64,000 bases of DNA from NCBI GenBank assembly GCA_034660175.1, contig JAYEIQ010000004.1, positions 4,152-68,151 of the forward strand, in the 5' to 3' direction. Position numbers and translations under genes: made by a program. The notes under the pieces were generated by a model, which was not told the origin of the DNA, made no database searches, and saw only the letters and a list, made by a program, of their open reading frames with translations. This document shows, piece after piece, positions 37,267 to 46,527 of the stretch; the stretch's first letter is position 1, and the number at the start of each line of letters is the position of its first letter. This DNA comes from Patescibacteria group bacterium. Lineage in GTDB: Bacteria > Patescibacteriota > Minisyncoccia > Moranbacterales > DUUL01.

Positions 37267-37337
37267 GTTTTTAGTTTATGAGCAAAGGGTTGATTCTATT
37301 GTGTATTCTAGCACATAAGAGATCAAAACAAACTTTT

Positions 37338-38297
37338 TTATTCAAATTTGCTACCGATAAAATGTGGTTTGCCATTCACGAATTCTTGAATCTTCATTTC
37401 ATTTTTTCCTTCGGGGGTGATGATTTTCAGGATGATTGCACCATTGTTTGTAGCAATCAAGACTTTGTTATCAATTTGGAAAATCTCACCCGGTTTTTTC
37501 TCAGGAAAGGTTTGGCTAGTGACTTGAATCTGATTGAAAATAATTTTCTTTTTTGATTTTTTGTCATTCCAAAATGAATATATTTTTGGCCACTTACTGA
37601 ATGCTCTATACTGGTTGAATATTTGATATGATGTTTGTTTCCAGTCGATAAAACCGTCTCTTTTTGAGATTATTTCACAAAAAGATGCTTTGCTTTCATC
37701 CTGTGTTTTTGGAGTGATTTTTTTTGTAATCCACTGTTTCATCGTATCTAGCAAAAGATCTTTGGATATCTCAATAATATGTTTCTCCAACTCTTGATAG
37801 TTTTCATTTTTACCTACCTCAATTTTTTTCTGTGCAAGAATTGGACCAGCATCCATTTTTTTGCTCATTAGCATGATCGAGATTCCAGTTTGGCTTTCTC
37901 CCTTGAGCAGAGCTGTTTGGATGGGTGATGGACCTCTGAATTTTGGTAGCAGTGAAGGATGAATGTTGATGCTACCAAATGTTGGAATTTCTAACAATTC
38001 ATTTGGTAGAAGTATCCCGAAAGCAACCAAAATAATTAGATCTGGTTTTTTTTCTTTAAAAAAAGCAATTGTTTCGTGGTCTATTTTCTCTGTCTGAAAA
38101 ACTTCAATTTCATTTTGCAATGCCATGTTTTTCACAAGTGAGGGAATTGTTTCTTTTTTGCGTCCAAAAGGTCTGTCAGGCTGTGTCACTACGCATGTGA
38201 TGTTGAGATTTGAATCAATCAAAAAGGCAAGGATCTCCATCGCAATGTGGGGTGTGCCCATGAAAATTATTTTGAGATCTTTGACATTTCTTTTCAT
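37338..38297 (-). CDS. fmt: methionyl-tRNA formyltransferase
   Basis: KIIFMGTPHIAMEILAFL N-terminus; formyltransferase HPSLLPKFRG motif; C-terminal Fmt domain; adjacent to def. Confidence 0.85.
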   Translation of the reverse strand: MKRNVKDLKIIFMGTPHIAMEILAFLIDSNLNITCVVTQPDRPFGRKKETIPSLVKNMALQNEIEVFQTEKIDHETIAFFKEKKPDLIILVAFGILLPNELLEIPTFGSINIHPSLLPKFRGPSPIQTALLKGESQTGISIMLMSKKMDAGPILAQKKIEVGKNENYQELEKHIIEISKDLLLDTMKQWITKKITPKTQDESKASFCEIISKRDGFIDWKQTSYQIFNQYRAFSKWPKIYSFWNDKKSKKKIIFNQIQVTSQTFPEKKPGEIFQIDNKVLIATNNGAIILKIITPEGKNEMKIQEFVNGKPHFIGSKFE

Positions 38298-38336
38298 AGA
38301 CTGTCTTTATTGTAAATTTGTTTACGTTCGTTTTTG

Positions 38337-38795
38337 TTACACCGCAACTTTATTTTCGGCCTTTGCCCTGTCGATGAACAGTGTGCCGTCAAGATGATCT
38401 ACTTCGTGTTGAAGAACTCTTGCGAGCAATCCCTTTGCTCGAATTACTTGTTTTTTGCCATTTGCATCAAGAGCTTTGATCTTGATCTTTTTTGGTCTTT
38501 GAATAGGCAAAAACTTTCCGGGAAAAGACAAACAACCCTCTTCCATCAAAACTTGTTCTCCGGAAACATTCTTGACTTTAGGGTTGATGAGGACGAAAAG
38601 TTCGTCGTCAACTTCAATAATGCATAACTGAAGACTATGGCCAATTTGTGGTGCCGCCAAACCCAAACCTTCATGAGCTCTCAATGTAGCAGTCATGTCG
38701 GCGATTAGTCGTTTGATTTTTGAGTCTGTTGGATTTTTTACCTCTTCAGATTTCTGTCTCAGGACGGGATCGGGGTATTTAACTATTTCAAGCAT
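38337..38795 (-). CDS. def: peptide deformylase
   Basis: motifs GLGLAAPQIG, EGCLSFPG, QHEVDHLDG. Confidence 0.9.
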   Translation of the reverse strand: MLEIVKYPDPVLRQKSEEVKNPTDSKIKRLIADMTATLRAHEGLGLAAPQIGHSLQLCIIEVDDELFVLINPKVKNVSGEQVLMEEGCLSFPGKFLPIQRPKKIKIKALDANGKKQVIRAKGLLARVLQHEVDHLDGTLFIDRAKAENKVAV

Positions 38796-38862
38796 GTTTG
38801 ATGTGTTATTTTATATTGAATTTCTAAAGATCTTCAAAACGAAGGCTCTGATTAATATTGTA

Positions 38863-40818
38863 TCAAAAAACATTCTCGGGGTCGATATCTATGCTCCATT
38901 GACTCTTGAGTTTTGCCAATGTTCGCCTTAAGGACTTGGAAACATGTTTATTGGACTTGATCAGGATGTTTTTTTGCCATGTCCTGCGGTTTCTCTGTTT
39001 AATACCCCAAGAAGGAGGATATACTTCCAATACTCCGCTCGGTTTGTTTTTCAAAAATGAATTGTACACTGTTTTAGTATTTTTTTCAACCTTTTGCTTT
39101 GTATCTTCTTTGCAGGTGAGTTTTATCAATTTTTGAAATGGTGGATAGTTGAGTTTCTTTCTATTCTTGAGCTGTTGATGAGCAAACTTGTTCCAGTCCC
39201 ATTTTTTTAAAAAAAGCCAAAATTCACTTTCTGGTCGATATGTTTGAATTAGACAAACTCCACGTTTGTTTCTTGGTGGTCTGCCAACTCGACCAGCTAA
39301 TTGAAAAAAATTGCTCATGTGATGCTCGTCAAATCGGAATTCTGTTTTTCCTGACCAGTTTTCTGCGTTCAAAACGCAAGCAAGCGTTGCATGTTCAATG
39401 TCAAGTCCTTTTGCAATCGCATAGGTCCCAACCAGAAAATCAAGTTTGTTTTCAAGTAAAGAGTTCATGATGAAGCTCCTTTTTCTTTTGTTCTTAAAGG
39501 TGTCTTGGTCTGCTGTTTCGATTTTTGCTTTTGGGAATCTATTTTTTAGGAGATCAGCGACATTTCTAGTTCCAAAACCCACGTTAACTAATCTGAAACT
39601 TCCACATTTTGAACATTGGGCAAAGCTGGAAGATCTAAATTTACAATGAAAACAACGATATTCATCACCATGATTATTGAGTGGCATCGTACAATTTGGA
39701 CACTCCAGAATATTTTTGCAATCACTGCAGACAACAAGTTTACTTTGTCCCCTGTGAGGAACAAGAATGTATGCAATACCGTTTTGTTTAATAGTGCGTG
39801 CCAATTCTTTTTCGAGCTCTTTTGTTATGACGGCGTTTTGTTTTTTCGTGTGGTGAATGCGAAGATTGGAAAAAATAAATTTTGGAGGCAAAACTCTAAT
39901 ATTATTGGTTTTGAGCATCGGGAGCTTGATCCTTTTACAATATGGATTTTTTGACCATTGAATACTTTCAAGCGATGGCGTGCCAGAGACCATTAGCAAT
40001 TTAGCTTTGTGAGATCGAGCAAGGTACTTGGAAACTTCGCGAGCATGATAGTGCGGGCTTTGGTCCCATTGTTTGAAAGAGACGTCTTGTTCTTCGTCAA
40101 CGGCGATTAGTCCAAGATTTTGAAAAGGCAGAAACAGGCCCATTCGTGTTGAGATAATGATCTCCGCAGATCCGTCTTTAACCTGGTTATAAACATGAGA
40201 TGTCTCTGATGGTTTCAGCCCAGAGTGGAAAAGCACAACGTTGTTCTTTTCAAAACGGCTGGTATAACGAGCGATTTCTTGGTGCGATAGAAAAATTTCA
40301 GGAATCAAAAGTAAAATTTGTCTTTTTTGTCTTAGCACTTCTTTGATAACACCCATGATAACTTCTGTTTTACCACAGGAAGCTGGTCCAAAAAGAAGAA
40401 AGGAGGAGACCTTTTTTGAATTGCAAATAGAATAAATTGCTTGTTTCTGATTTTTGGTTAAAGTTAGTTGAACGTCCTTTTTTTTGTTGGCTAGTTTCTG
40501 TTTGGATTGTTTCTTTGTCAAATTGTGCACAAAAAATCTAAGCACAACGCCAAGAGGTGAGAAATATTCTTTCGATATATTCTTGGCAAGGGAAAGTTGT
40601 TTGACTGTCAAAAGTTGTAACACGACAACTTTCTCAATACTTTTTATTTGAAATCGTGGAGTGAATTGAGTTTTTTTTGATACTATTCCTCGAAGTTTCT
40701 TTCCAGCAAAATCAATTTTGACAAGAGTTCCTGGCGACAACTGTTCGTCGTGCTTGTATGTAAACTCCTGATTTTTTGTTAGAGGGAGTTTCGTCAATGG
40801 GATGATGTTGTAGTACAT
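38863..40818 (-). CDS. priA: primosomal protein N' (replication restart helicase PriA)
   Basis: Walker A GPASCGKTEV, DEEQD box, Cys4 zinc-binding insertion (CSDCKNILECPNC...CFHCK...CSKC), 3'BD N-domain. Confidence 0.85.
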   Translation of the reverse strand: MYYNIIPLTKLPLTKNQEFTYKHDEQLSPGTLVKIDFAGKKLRGIVSKKTQFTPRFQIKSIEKVVVLQLLTVKQLSLAKNISKEYFSPLGVVLRFFVHNLTKKQSKQKLANKKKDVQLTLTKNQKQAIYSICNSKKVSSFLLFGPASCGKTEVIMGVIKEVLRQKRQILLLIPEIFLSHQEIARYTSRFEKNNVVLFHSGLKPSETSHVYNQVKDGSAEIIISTRMGLFLPFQNLGLIAVDEEQDVSFKQWDQSPHYHAREVSKYLARSHKAKLLMVSGTPSLESIQWSKNPYCKRIKLPMLKTNNIRVLPPKFIFSNLRIHHTKKQNAVITKELEKELARTIKQNGIAYILVPHRGQSKLVVCSDCKNILECPNCTMPLNNHGDEYRCFHCKFRSSSFAQCSKCGSFRLVNVGFGTRNVADLLKNRFPKAKIETADQDTFKNKRKRSFIMNSLLENKLDFLVGTYAIAKGLDIEHATLACVLNAENWSGKTEFRFDEHHMSNFFQLAGRVGRPPRNKRGVCLIQTYRPESEFWLFLKKWDWNKFAHQQLKNRKKLNYPPFQKLIKLTCKEDTKQKVEKNTKTVYNSFLKNKPSGVLEVYPPSWGIKQRNRRTWQKNILIKSNKHVSKSLRRTLAKLKSQWSIDIDPENVF

Positions 40819-40832
40819 GAGAAGTTTGTTAT

Positions 40833-41627
40833 CTAGCTAATCTTCCATTCTCCTACGAGATAGCCTACTCCAATGGGTCCTTCATATGAATATTGTTTGA
40901 ATGAGTGTTTGAGGTCGGTCAGCGCGCTAAGCGCGATGATGATTGAACGAAGTCCACACTCACCAGCTTCGTCACAAAAATCTGGATTGAGATTTTTTAT
41001 TTTTTCGAGTTCACTTTTTTTCAGCAGATCAATCAATGCATGGTCAAACTTTATACCGTAGGGAGAAAATCCGGCAGGAGCATCCTCTGTCAATCGGTGT
41101 GAAAGGTCTGCGCTGGCAATGAGAGCAATGTTGTGTTCTTGTTGGTTGAGAATCGAACCAATTGCTTTGCCGAATATCTCATGTGTAGACCAATTCAGTG
41201 ATGTAAAAGTGAGAGGAATGACATTTGGTATTTGCTCAAGTTTCGAGATGAGATAATGTAAGGGAACCAAGGTACCATAATCTAGCATTGTTTCTCTAAT
41301 GATTTCAACTGGTATCTGTTTTTCCTTGAGGAAGCTGAACATTTGTCGTGCAACAGCAATGTCATTTTTGAATTCATAATTATCACTGTCTCCACCATAG
41401 TTTGCAAAACTTCCCTTGAGGCGCTCTTCAAGGTTTACTGTGAATTTGTCATATCTCATTGGTCCATGAGGTGAAATAACAACGATTGTTTCAGGCTTGT
41501 GCTTTTTCAATTCGTTTGCAAGTTCTTCCATTCCATCCACGGTTTTTTTTAGGATGGACATTTGGGATCCCCCAACTTGAGGAACGATGAGCGCTGGGTG
41601 GGGGCATATTGCGGCAAAATTTATCAT
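40833..41627 (-). CDS. MEMO1 / LigB-family protein (AmmeMemoRadiSam system protein B-like)
   Basis: 264 aa; N-terminal ICPHPALIVP and VVISPHGPM His-containing motifs characteristic of MEMO1/class-III extradiol dioxygenase B-subunit fold. Confidence 0.65.
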   Translation of the reverse strand: MINFAAICPHPALIVPQVGGSQMSILKKTVDGMEELANELKKHKPETIVVISPHGPMRYDKFTVNLEERLKGSFANYGGDSDNYEFKNDIAVARQMFSFLKEKQIPVEIIRETMLDYGTLVPLHYLISKLEQIPNVIPLTFTSLNWSTHEIFGKAIGSILNQQEHNIALIASADLSHRLTEDAPAGFSPYGIKFDHALIDLLKKSELEKIKNLNPDFCDEAGECGLRSIIIALSALTDLKHSFKQYSYEGPIGVGYLVGEWKIS

Positions 41628-41832
41628 TACAGAAAGTTATAGTGTTATTTTTTCACTTCTGCATTATAGCGGTATCTTTGGCTAAATTCAAATTATTTAG
41701 GCTTTTTTGTTGCAACATCAAAATGACAAAAGATCAAATCTTGATTTTTGTTCATTTTTGATTTAAGATGACTATGTTTACAAGAGCTCTTGACACATTT
41801 TTCGTGTAGTAGTAGTCTAAGAAGGAGCTGTA

Positions 41833-41848
41833 ACACAAGATGTTGTGG
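41833..41848 (+). promoter_or_regulatory. candidate NrdR box upstream of nrdR
   Basis: ACACAAGATGTTGTGG, near-palindromic, resembles NrdR-box consensus acaCwAtATaTwGtgt. Confidence 0.3.
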
Positions 41849-41987
41849 TTTACACAGAAATATAGTACAATATAGATAAACTGACTTACGCAAACAATGT
41901 CAGCAGAATAACAAGACGATATGGGGAGTAGATTAGAAATGGTCTTCATATCGTTTTGTTTTTCATTAAAAAACAAAAAAACATTTC

Positions 41988-42437
41988 ATGAAATGTCCAT
42001 ATTGCAATTTTGAAGATACTCGAGTCATTGACTCAAGAGAGATCAATGAGGGAAGAACAATTCGAAGAAGGAGAGAATGTCCAACTTGTAAAGCGAGATT
42101 TTCAACATATGAGCAGGTTGAAATTCTCAATCTTCTCGTGACCAAGAAAAATGGGAGCAAAGAGGAATACAAAAAAGAAAAACTTGAAGAGGCGATTAGG
42201 ATAGCAACAAACAAAAGAATGAGCGAGGAAGATATCACTCAGCTCGTGACTGACATTGAGGCTGAAATTCACGCAAGAGGGAAATGTGCGATCAGCTCGA
42301 GATATATTGGTGATATTGCACTCAAAAGAATAAAAAGCAAGGACGAAGTTTCGTATTTGAGATTTGCTTCAGTTTTCAAATCTTTCGGAAGTGGCAAACG
42401 TTTTGTGAAAGAGTTGAATAGATTGGAAAAGGAATAG
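41988..42437 (+). CDS. nrdR: transcriptional repressor NrdR
   Basis: MKCPYCNFEDTRVIDSRE...CPTCKARFSTYE zinc ribbon plus ATP-cone. Confidence 0.9.
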   Translation: MKCPYCNFEDTRVIDSREINEGRTIRRRRECPTCKARFSTYEQVEILNLLVTKKNGSKEEYKKEKLEEAIRIATNKRMSEEDITQLVTDIEAEIHARGKCAISSRYIGDIALKRIKSKDEVSYLRFASVFKSFGSGKRFVKELNRLEKE

Positions 42438-42516
42438 CATGTCGAAGGAAGAGTAATTGAAAAAAATTCAAAAATAACAAAAAATCATTAATTAATTTTC
42501 GGGGGAGAAAACAAAA

Positions 42517-44658
42517 ATGAAAAAAAGGAAAACGAGCGTGAAAAAAAGTGTGAAGAAAACTGTAAGAAAGACAGCAAAGGCACGCAAGGCTGTGCGACCA
42601 AAAAACAAAATCAGAAAAATCGTCAAACGTGATGGTTCGGTTGTGTCATTCAGTCAGCAGAAAATTATTGAGGCTGTTTATAAGGCTTTCAAAGAGACGG
42701 ATGAAGGTGGAGTGAAAGAAGCTCGTTTGGTTACCAAAAAGGTTGTTCAGATGATGAATAAAAACTCTCGTCCGGGATATATTCCACATATTGAGGAAGT
42801 TCAAGATCATGTTGAAAAAGTTTTGATGATTCTTGATTTTGATGAGACAGCTAAGGCTTATATACTTTATCGAGACAAGCGACGCAAATTGCGAGACGCT
42901 GATGCCTCTTTAGAAGAGGCAGTTGACTTGATTGAACAGTACCTCAAAGAAATTGATTGGCAGGTGAAAGAGAATTCTAATATGGCATATTCTTTGCAAG
43001 GTCTCAATAATTATATTTCCTCAATTGTTTCAAGCAAATACTGGATGGACAGGGTTTATGCAAAATCTATCAAGCGAGCTCACGAAGAAGGAGATTTCCA
43101 CATTCATGATCTCGACAAGTTGGCTGCATATTGTTGTGGTTGGGATTTACAAGATCTGCTCACTCGTGGTTTCACTGGTGTCACTGGAAAGATATCTTGC
43201 AAACCACCAAAACACTTTCGCAGTGCATTGGGTCAAATTGTAAACTTTTTCTACACAACACAAGGGGAAACTGCTGGTGCACAGGCGTTCTCCAATTTTG
43301 ACACGCTCATGGCTCCTTTTGTGAGATATGACAAACTGAACTATAAAAATGTTAAACAAGCAATTCAGGAATTTGTTTTCAATCTCAATGTTCCAACTAG
43401 GGTTGGTTTTCAGACTCCTTTCACAAATATTACAATGGACTTGGAGCCTCCAAAGATATATAAAAATCAAAATGTCATCTCTGGTGGCCAGCCTCAAAAA
43501 GAGAAATATGGTGATTTCCAGCACGAAATGGATCTTATTAACATGGCTTTTGCTGAAGTGATGAGCGAAGGTGATGCGAATGGAAGAGTTTTCACTTTTC
43601 CAATTCCAACATATAACATCACCAAAAAATTCGATTGGAACAATAAGAATTTGGATAAAGTTTGGGAGATGACAGCAAAATATGGAATTCCTTATTTTGC
43701 CAATTTCATCAATTCGGACATGGATGCAGATGATGCTCGTTCTATGTGTTGTCGTTTGAGACTTGACAATCGAGAGCTTCATAAGAGAATGGGTGGATTG
43801 TTTGGTGCAGCTCCACTGACTGGGTCAATCGGAGTTGTGACAATTAACTTTCCTCGTATTGGATATTTAGCTAAAAACAAAAAAGATTTTTTCAAAAGAT
43901 TGGACAAGCTTATGGATTTGGCAAAAGAGAGTCTTGAAGTGAAAAGGAAAATAGTAGAAAATTTCACACAAAAAGGATTGTACCCGTACTCAATGTTCTA
44001 TTTGAATTCGATTTATAAGAAACTCGGCAGTTATTGGGGCAATCACTTTTCAACGATCGGTTTGGTGGGAATGAATGAAGCACTGGTGAATTTTAAGGAC
44101 ATTACAACAGCAACAAAGGCTGGTGTGAAGCTCGCAGAAGAAATTTTGGTTCACATGCGTGAGAGAATGGTGAAGTTTCAGGAAGAAACAGGAAATCTCT
44201 ATAATTTAGAGGCAACTCCGGCGGAAGGGACAAGCTATCGACTGGCAATCAAAGATAAGAAACGCTTTCCGAAAATGGTGTTTGCTAACAACGGTGCTGT
44301 TCTGAAAGGAGCTCAGCCATACTACACTAACTCTTCGCAGCTTCCTGTTGGACATACTGATGACATTTTTGAGGCGCTGGATTTGCAGGACAAGCTTCAG
44401 ACTAAATATACTGGTGGGACAGTTTTGCACGGATTCTTGGGTGAGCGGGTTACAGACATTGAAACAACCAAAAAAATGGTCAAGAAAATTGCCAAGAATT
44501 ATAAATTGCCTTATTTCACGCTCACTCCAACATTCAGTGTGTGCCCGGTTCATGGATATATAGCTGGAGAACACAATATTTGTCCGGAGTGTGTGATTGA
44601 CCAAAAAACCAAGGTTTTTTCACAAGTGAAGAGGAAAAATACGCAAGTTACAAATTAA
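42517..44658 (+). CDS. nrdD: anaerobic ribonucleoside-triphosphate reductase (class III), catalytic body without glycyl-radical motif
   Basis: Lys-rich 35-aa leader, ATP-cone (IVKRDGSVVSFSQQKIIEAV), NrdD core motifs (CCGWDLQDLL, NITMDLEPP), C-terminal CPVH...CPEC metal site; no RxxGY...NxGK motif before stop. Confidence 0.85.
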   Translation: MKKRKTSVKKSVKKTVRKTAKARKAVRPKNKIRKIVKRDGSVVSFSQQKIIEAVYKAFKETDEGGVKEARLVTKKVVQMMNKNSRPGYIPHIEEVQDHVEKVLMILDFDETAKAYILYRDKRRKLRDADASLEEAVDLIEQYLKEIDWQVKENSNMAYSLQGLNNYISSIVSSKYWMDRVYAKSIKRAHEEGDFHIHDLDKLAAYCCGWDLQDLLTRGFTGVTGKISCKPPKHFRSALGQIVNFFYTTQGETAGAQAFSNFDTLMAPFVRYDKLNYKNVKQAIQEFVFNLNVPTRVGFQTPFTNITMDLEPPKIYKNQNVISGGQPQKEKYGDFQHEMDLINMAFAEVMSEGDANGRVFTFPIPTYNITKKFDWNNKNLDKVWEMTAKYGIPYFANFINSDMDADDARSMCCRLRLDNRELHKRMGGLFGAAPLTGSIGVVTINFPRIGYLAKNKKDFFKRLDKLMDLAKESLEVKRKIVENFTQKGLYPYSMFYLNSIYKKLGSYWGNHFSTIGLVGMNEALVNFKDITTATKAGVKLAEEILVHMRERMVKFQEETGNLYNLEATPAEGTSYRLAIKDKKRFPKMVFANNGAVLKGAQPYYTNSSQLPVGHTDDIFEALDLQDKLQTKYTGGTVLHGFLGERVTDIETTKKMVKKIAKNYKLPYFTLTPTFSVCPVHGYIAGEHNICPECVIDQKTKVFSQVKRKNTQVTN

Positions 44659-44687
44659 CATAATTAAAAAAAATAAAAAATAAAAGT

Positions 44688-44715
44688 CTTGGTCTCGATG
44701 CGACATCGGAACAAG
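44688..44715 (+). other. stem-loop in nrdD / glycyl-radical ORF spacer
   Basis: CTTG-gtct-CGATG-cga-CATCG-gaa-CAAG nested inverted repeat. Confidence 0.3.
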
Positions 44716-44726
44716 GCGACAAAAAA

Positions 44727-44990
44727 ATGAAAGAAGAAAAAACAATTGAGGGGGAAGTGGTCTGCCATGACTGCAAGAGTAAATTAGGAGAAGGTGCTAA
44801 ATATGTAACATACAATACTCCTAGCGGAAATTTCTACAAGTGCGAAGCTTGCTATAAGCAGGATAGCAAATTGAAGGATTTTCAAAAGACGGAAGTTTAC
44901 TCACGTATTGTGGGATATATTCGACCAGTTCAGCAATGGAATGTTGGAAAGGTTGAGGAATATGCAGATAGAAAAGAATTTGTGGTATGA
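44727..44990 (+). CDS. standalone NrdD C-terminal module: Cys4 zinc ribbon plus glycyl-radical domain
   Basis: 87 aa: CHDC...CEAC zinc ribbon then SRIVGYIRPVQQWNVGKVEEYADRKEF matching class III RNR glycyl-radical signature (RxxGY...NxGKxxExxxR). Confidence 0.6.
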   Translation: MKEEKTIEGEVVCHDCKSKLGEGAKYVTYNTPSGNFYKCEACYKQDSKLKDFQKTEVYSRIVGYIRPVQQWNVGKVEEYADRKEFVV

Positions 44991-45042
44991 AAAAGCTGTT
45001 GCGCAGGATAATTATTTTGTGGATCAGAAGCATTCCATATAG

Positions 45043-45077
45043 AAACACTGCCTTTTTTGAGGCAGTGTTTTGTTTTT
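45043..45077 (+). terminator. intrinsic terminator after nrd genes
   Basis: AAACACTGCC-ttttttga-GGCAGTGTTT followed by TGTTTTT. Confidence 0.6.
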
Positions 45078-45206
45078 AACAAGGAAGGTTTTGTAAGATA
45101 GACTTCAAGATTATGAAGGGGTTAATTGTGACCATTGTGAAAAACAAGTTTTTTCACTCAACATATTTAAGAGGAACAAGTTTTTCTCTTCGGAAAGGAA
45201 TTAGTC

Positions 45207-45668
45207 GTGGTTAAAACAATGAAGGATAACATTATAGGTTTTCTTGATGAGGATGAGGTTTGTTTTATGGTAATATTTGATCATACTGATAATCTTTCTG
45301 CGTGTGCCACATTCAATTTTTGTTTTCATTTATATTTTTTGAGAAAAGGCAAGGTGAAGTTTGCTCACGGTAAAGAGGATATGAATTTATGTGGTGACAC
45401 TTTAATTACTGATTTCTTTCAAATCCTGCTCAAGATGATTGACACAATCAATGTTTCATTTGAAGAGATTGGTGATGTTTCCATGAAGGTCGATGGTGAT
45501 TTTCCAGATAGTGTGATTATCAATTGTTGGATGAATCATCCAGACTATGTTTGTTTTGAGTTGGTAGAGTGGTACCCATGTCATTTTGGCAAGGATAATG
45601 GCTTGTATATTGAACAGCGAAAACCACAAATTTTCGAGTGCATTATGAAATTGAAATGTTACAATTAA
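45207..45668 (+). CDS. hypothetical protein
   Basis: 153-aa ORF, Cys/His-containing, no family recognised. Confidence 0.3.
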   Translation: MVKTMKDNIIGFLDEDEVCFMVIFDHTDNLSACATFNFCFHLYFLRKGKVKFAHGKEDMNLCGDTLITDFFQILLKMIDTINVSFEEIGDVSMKVDGDFPDSVIINCWMNHPDYVCFELVEWYPCHFGKDNGLYIEQRKPQIFECIMKLKCYN

Positions 45669-45812
45669 TATTATCAGTTTTTTTTCTGAAACAAGGAGTG
45701 GTTCGAAACTCAAATCGCTCCTTTTGTTGAATGTGAAGTAGAATCGTGCTATTTTATAGATAACGAGAATGAAAATTTAGTTGATGAAATAAGAAATAAA
45801 CAAGACAGTGCT

Positions 45813-46481
45813 ATGGAAATGAAAACTTTTCTGAAATATTTTTTGATTGTTATTGCTTTGGCAATTGTGTCAATTATAATCACTTTTCTTATGAGAATAC
45901 TCAAAGGAGGTTCTGTTGTTGAGAAGGGTCCAGCGGTGTTAACAGGTTCTTCTAAAGAATTTCCAGAGATAGAGAGAGCTAAAAGAGATGAAGTGTTACT
46001 GGTTGTTCCAAAGGATTCTCAAAAGGATTCAAATGAATTGAAGGAAGACTTTGATGATGACTCAGGTTTTCTCGATCAGCAGGAGAAGGAGAAGCAAGAC
46101 AATGCCTCGGTTGATGAAATTCTCGAAAAAATAAAAAACAACTACGCTTTGGATAACTTAAATAACACGAGTGTTGCTTTTGAGTGGATATCCATTGATG
46201 GTGAATCGAAGAAAAATAACAAGATTTCTGGCAAGGGGTTTACGGCTGATGGCAATCTTCAGCACATAGCCGAGATCGAACAATTTTTGAGAGAACAAGG
46301 TTTTGGATCTAGCAAAGAAAATTCTCGAGACGATGACAGGATAAAAATCAATGGCTTTGGCAAAGAAAATTTGGTTTGTTTAGTGACGGCAGCGACAGTG
46401 CGACAAGATGTCACTTTTGAGTTGCATGAGCAGGAGGCGAAAATGGAGGTTCGTTGTGGGGTGATAAGTGTTGGATTCTGA
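45813..46481 (+). CDS. hypothetical membrane-anchored protein
   Basis: N-terminal TM (FLIVIALAIVSIIITFLM), acidic low-complexity region. Confidence 0.35.
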   Translation: MEMKTFLKYFLIVIALAIVSIIITFLMRILKGGSVVEKGPAVLTGSSKEFPEIERAKRDEVLLVVPKDSQKDSNELKEDFDDDSGFLDQQEKEKQDNASVDEILEKIKNNYALDNLNNTSVAFEWISIDGESKKNNKISGKGFTADGNLQHIAEIEQFLREQGFGSSKENSRDDDRIKINGFGKENLVCLVTAATVRQDVTFELHEQEAKMEVRCGVISVGF

Positions 46482-46527
46482 TTGGTGTTAATTCTTTACA
46501 TCAACATCATAATCTTCTAAAATAGGA

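Noticed and set aside
42517-44990. Possibility that the nrdD / glycyl-radical split is a simple frameshift artefact
   Set aside because: Not fully rejected. However, no alternative frame continues past the nrdD stop, the small ORF has its own Zn-ribbon duplicate and a 68-bp spacer with a stem-loop, so a genuine two-gene arrangement seems at least as likely. It needs read-level confirmation.
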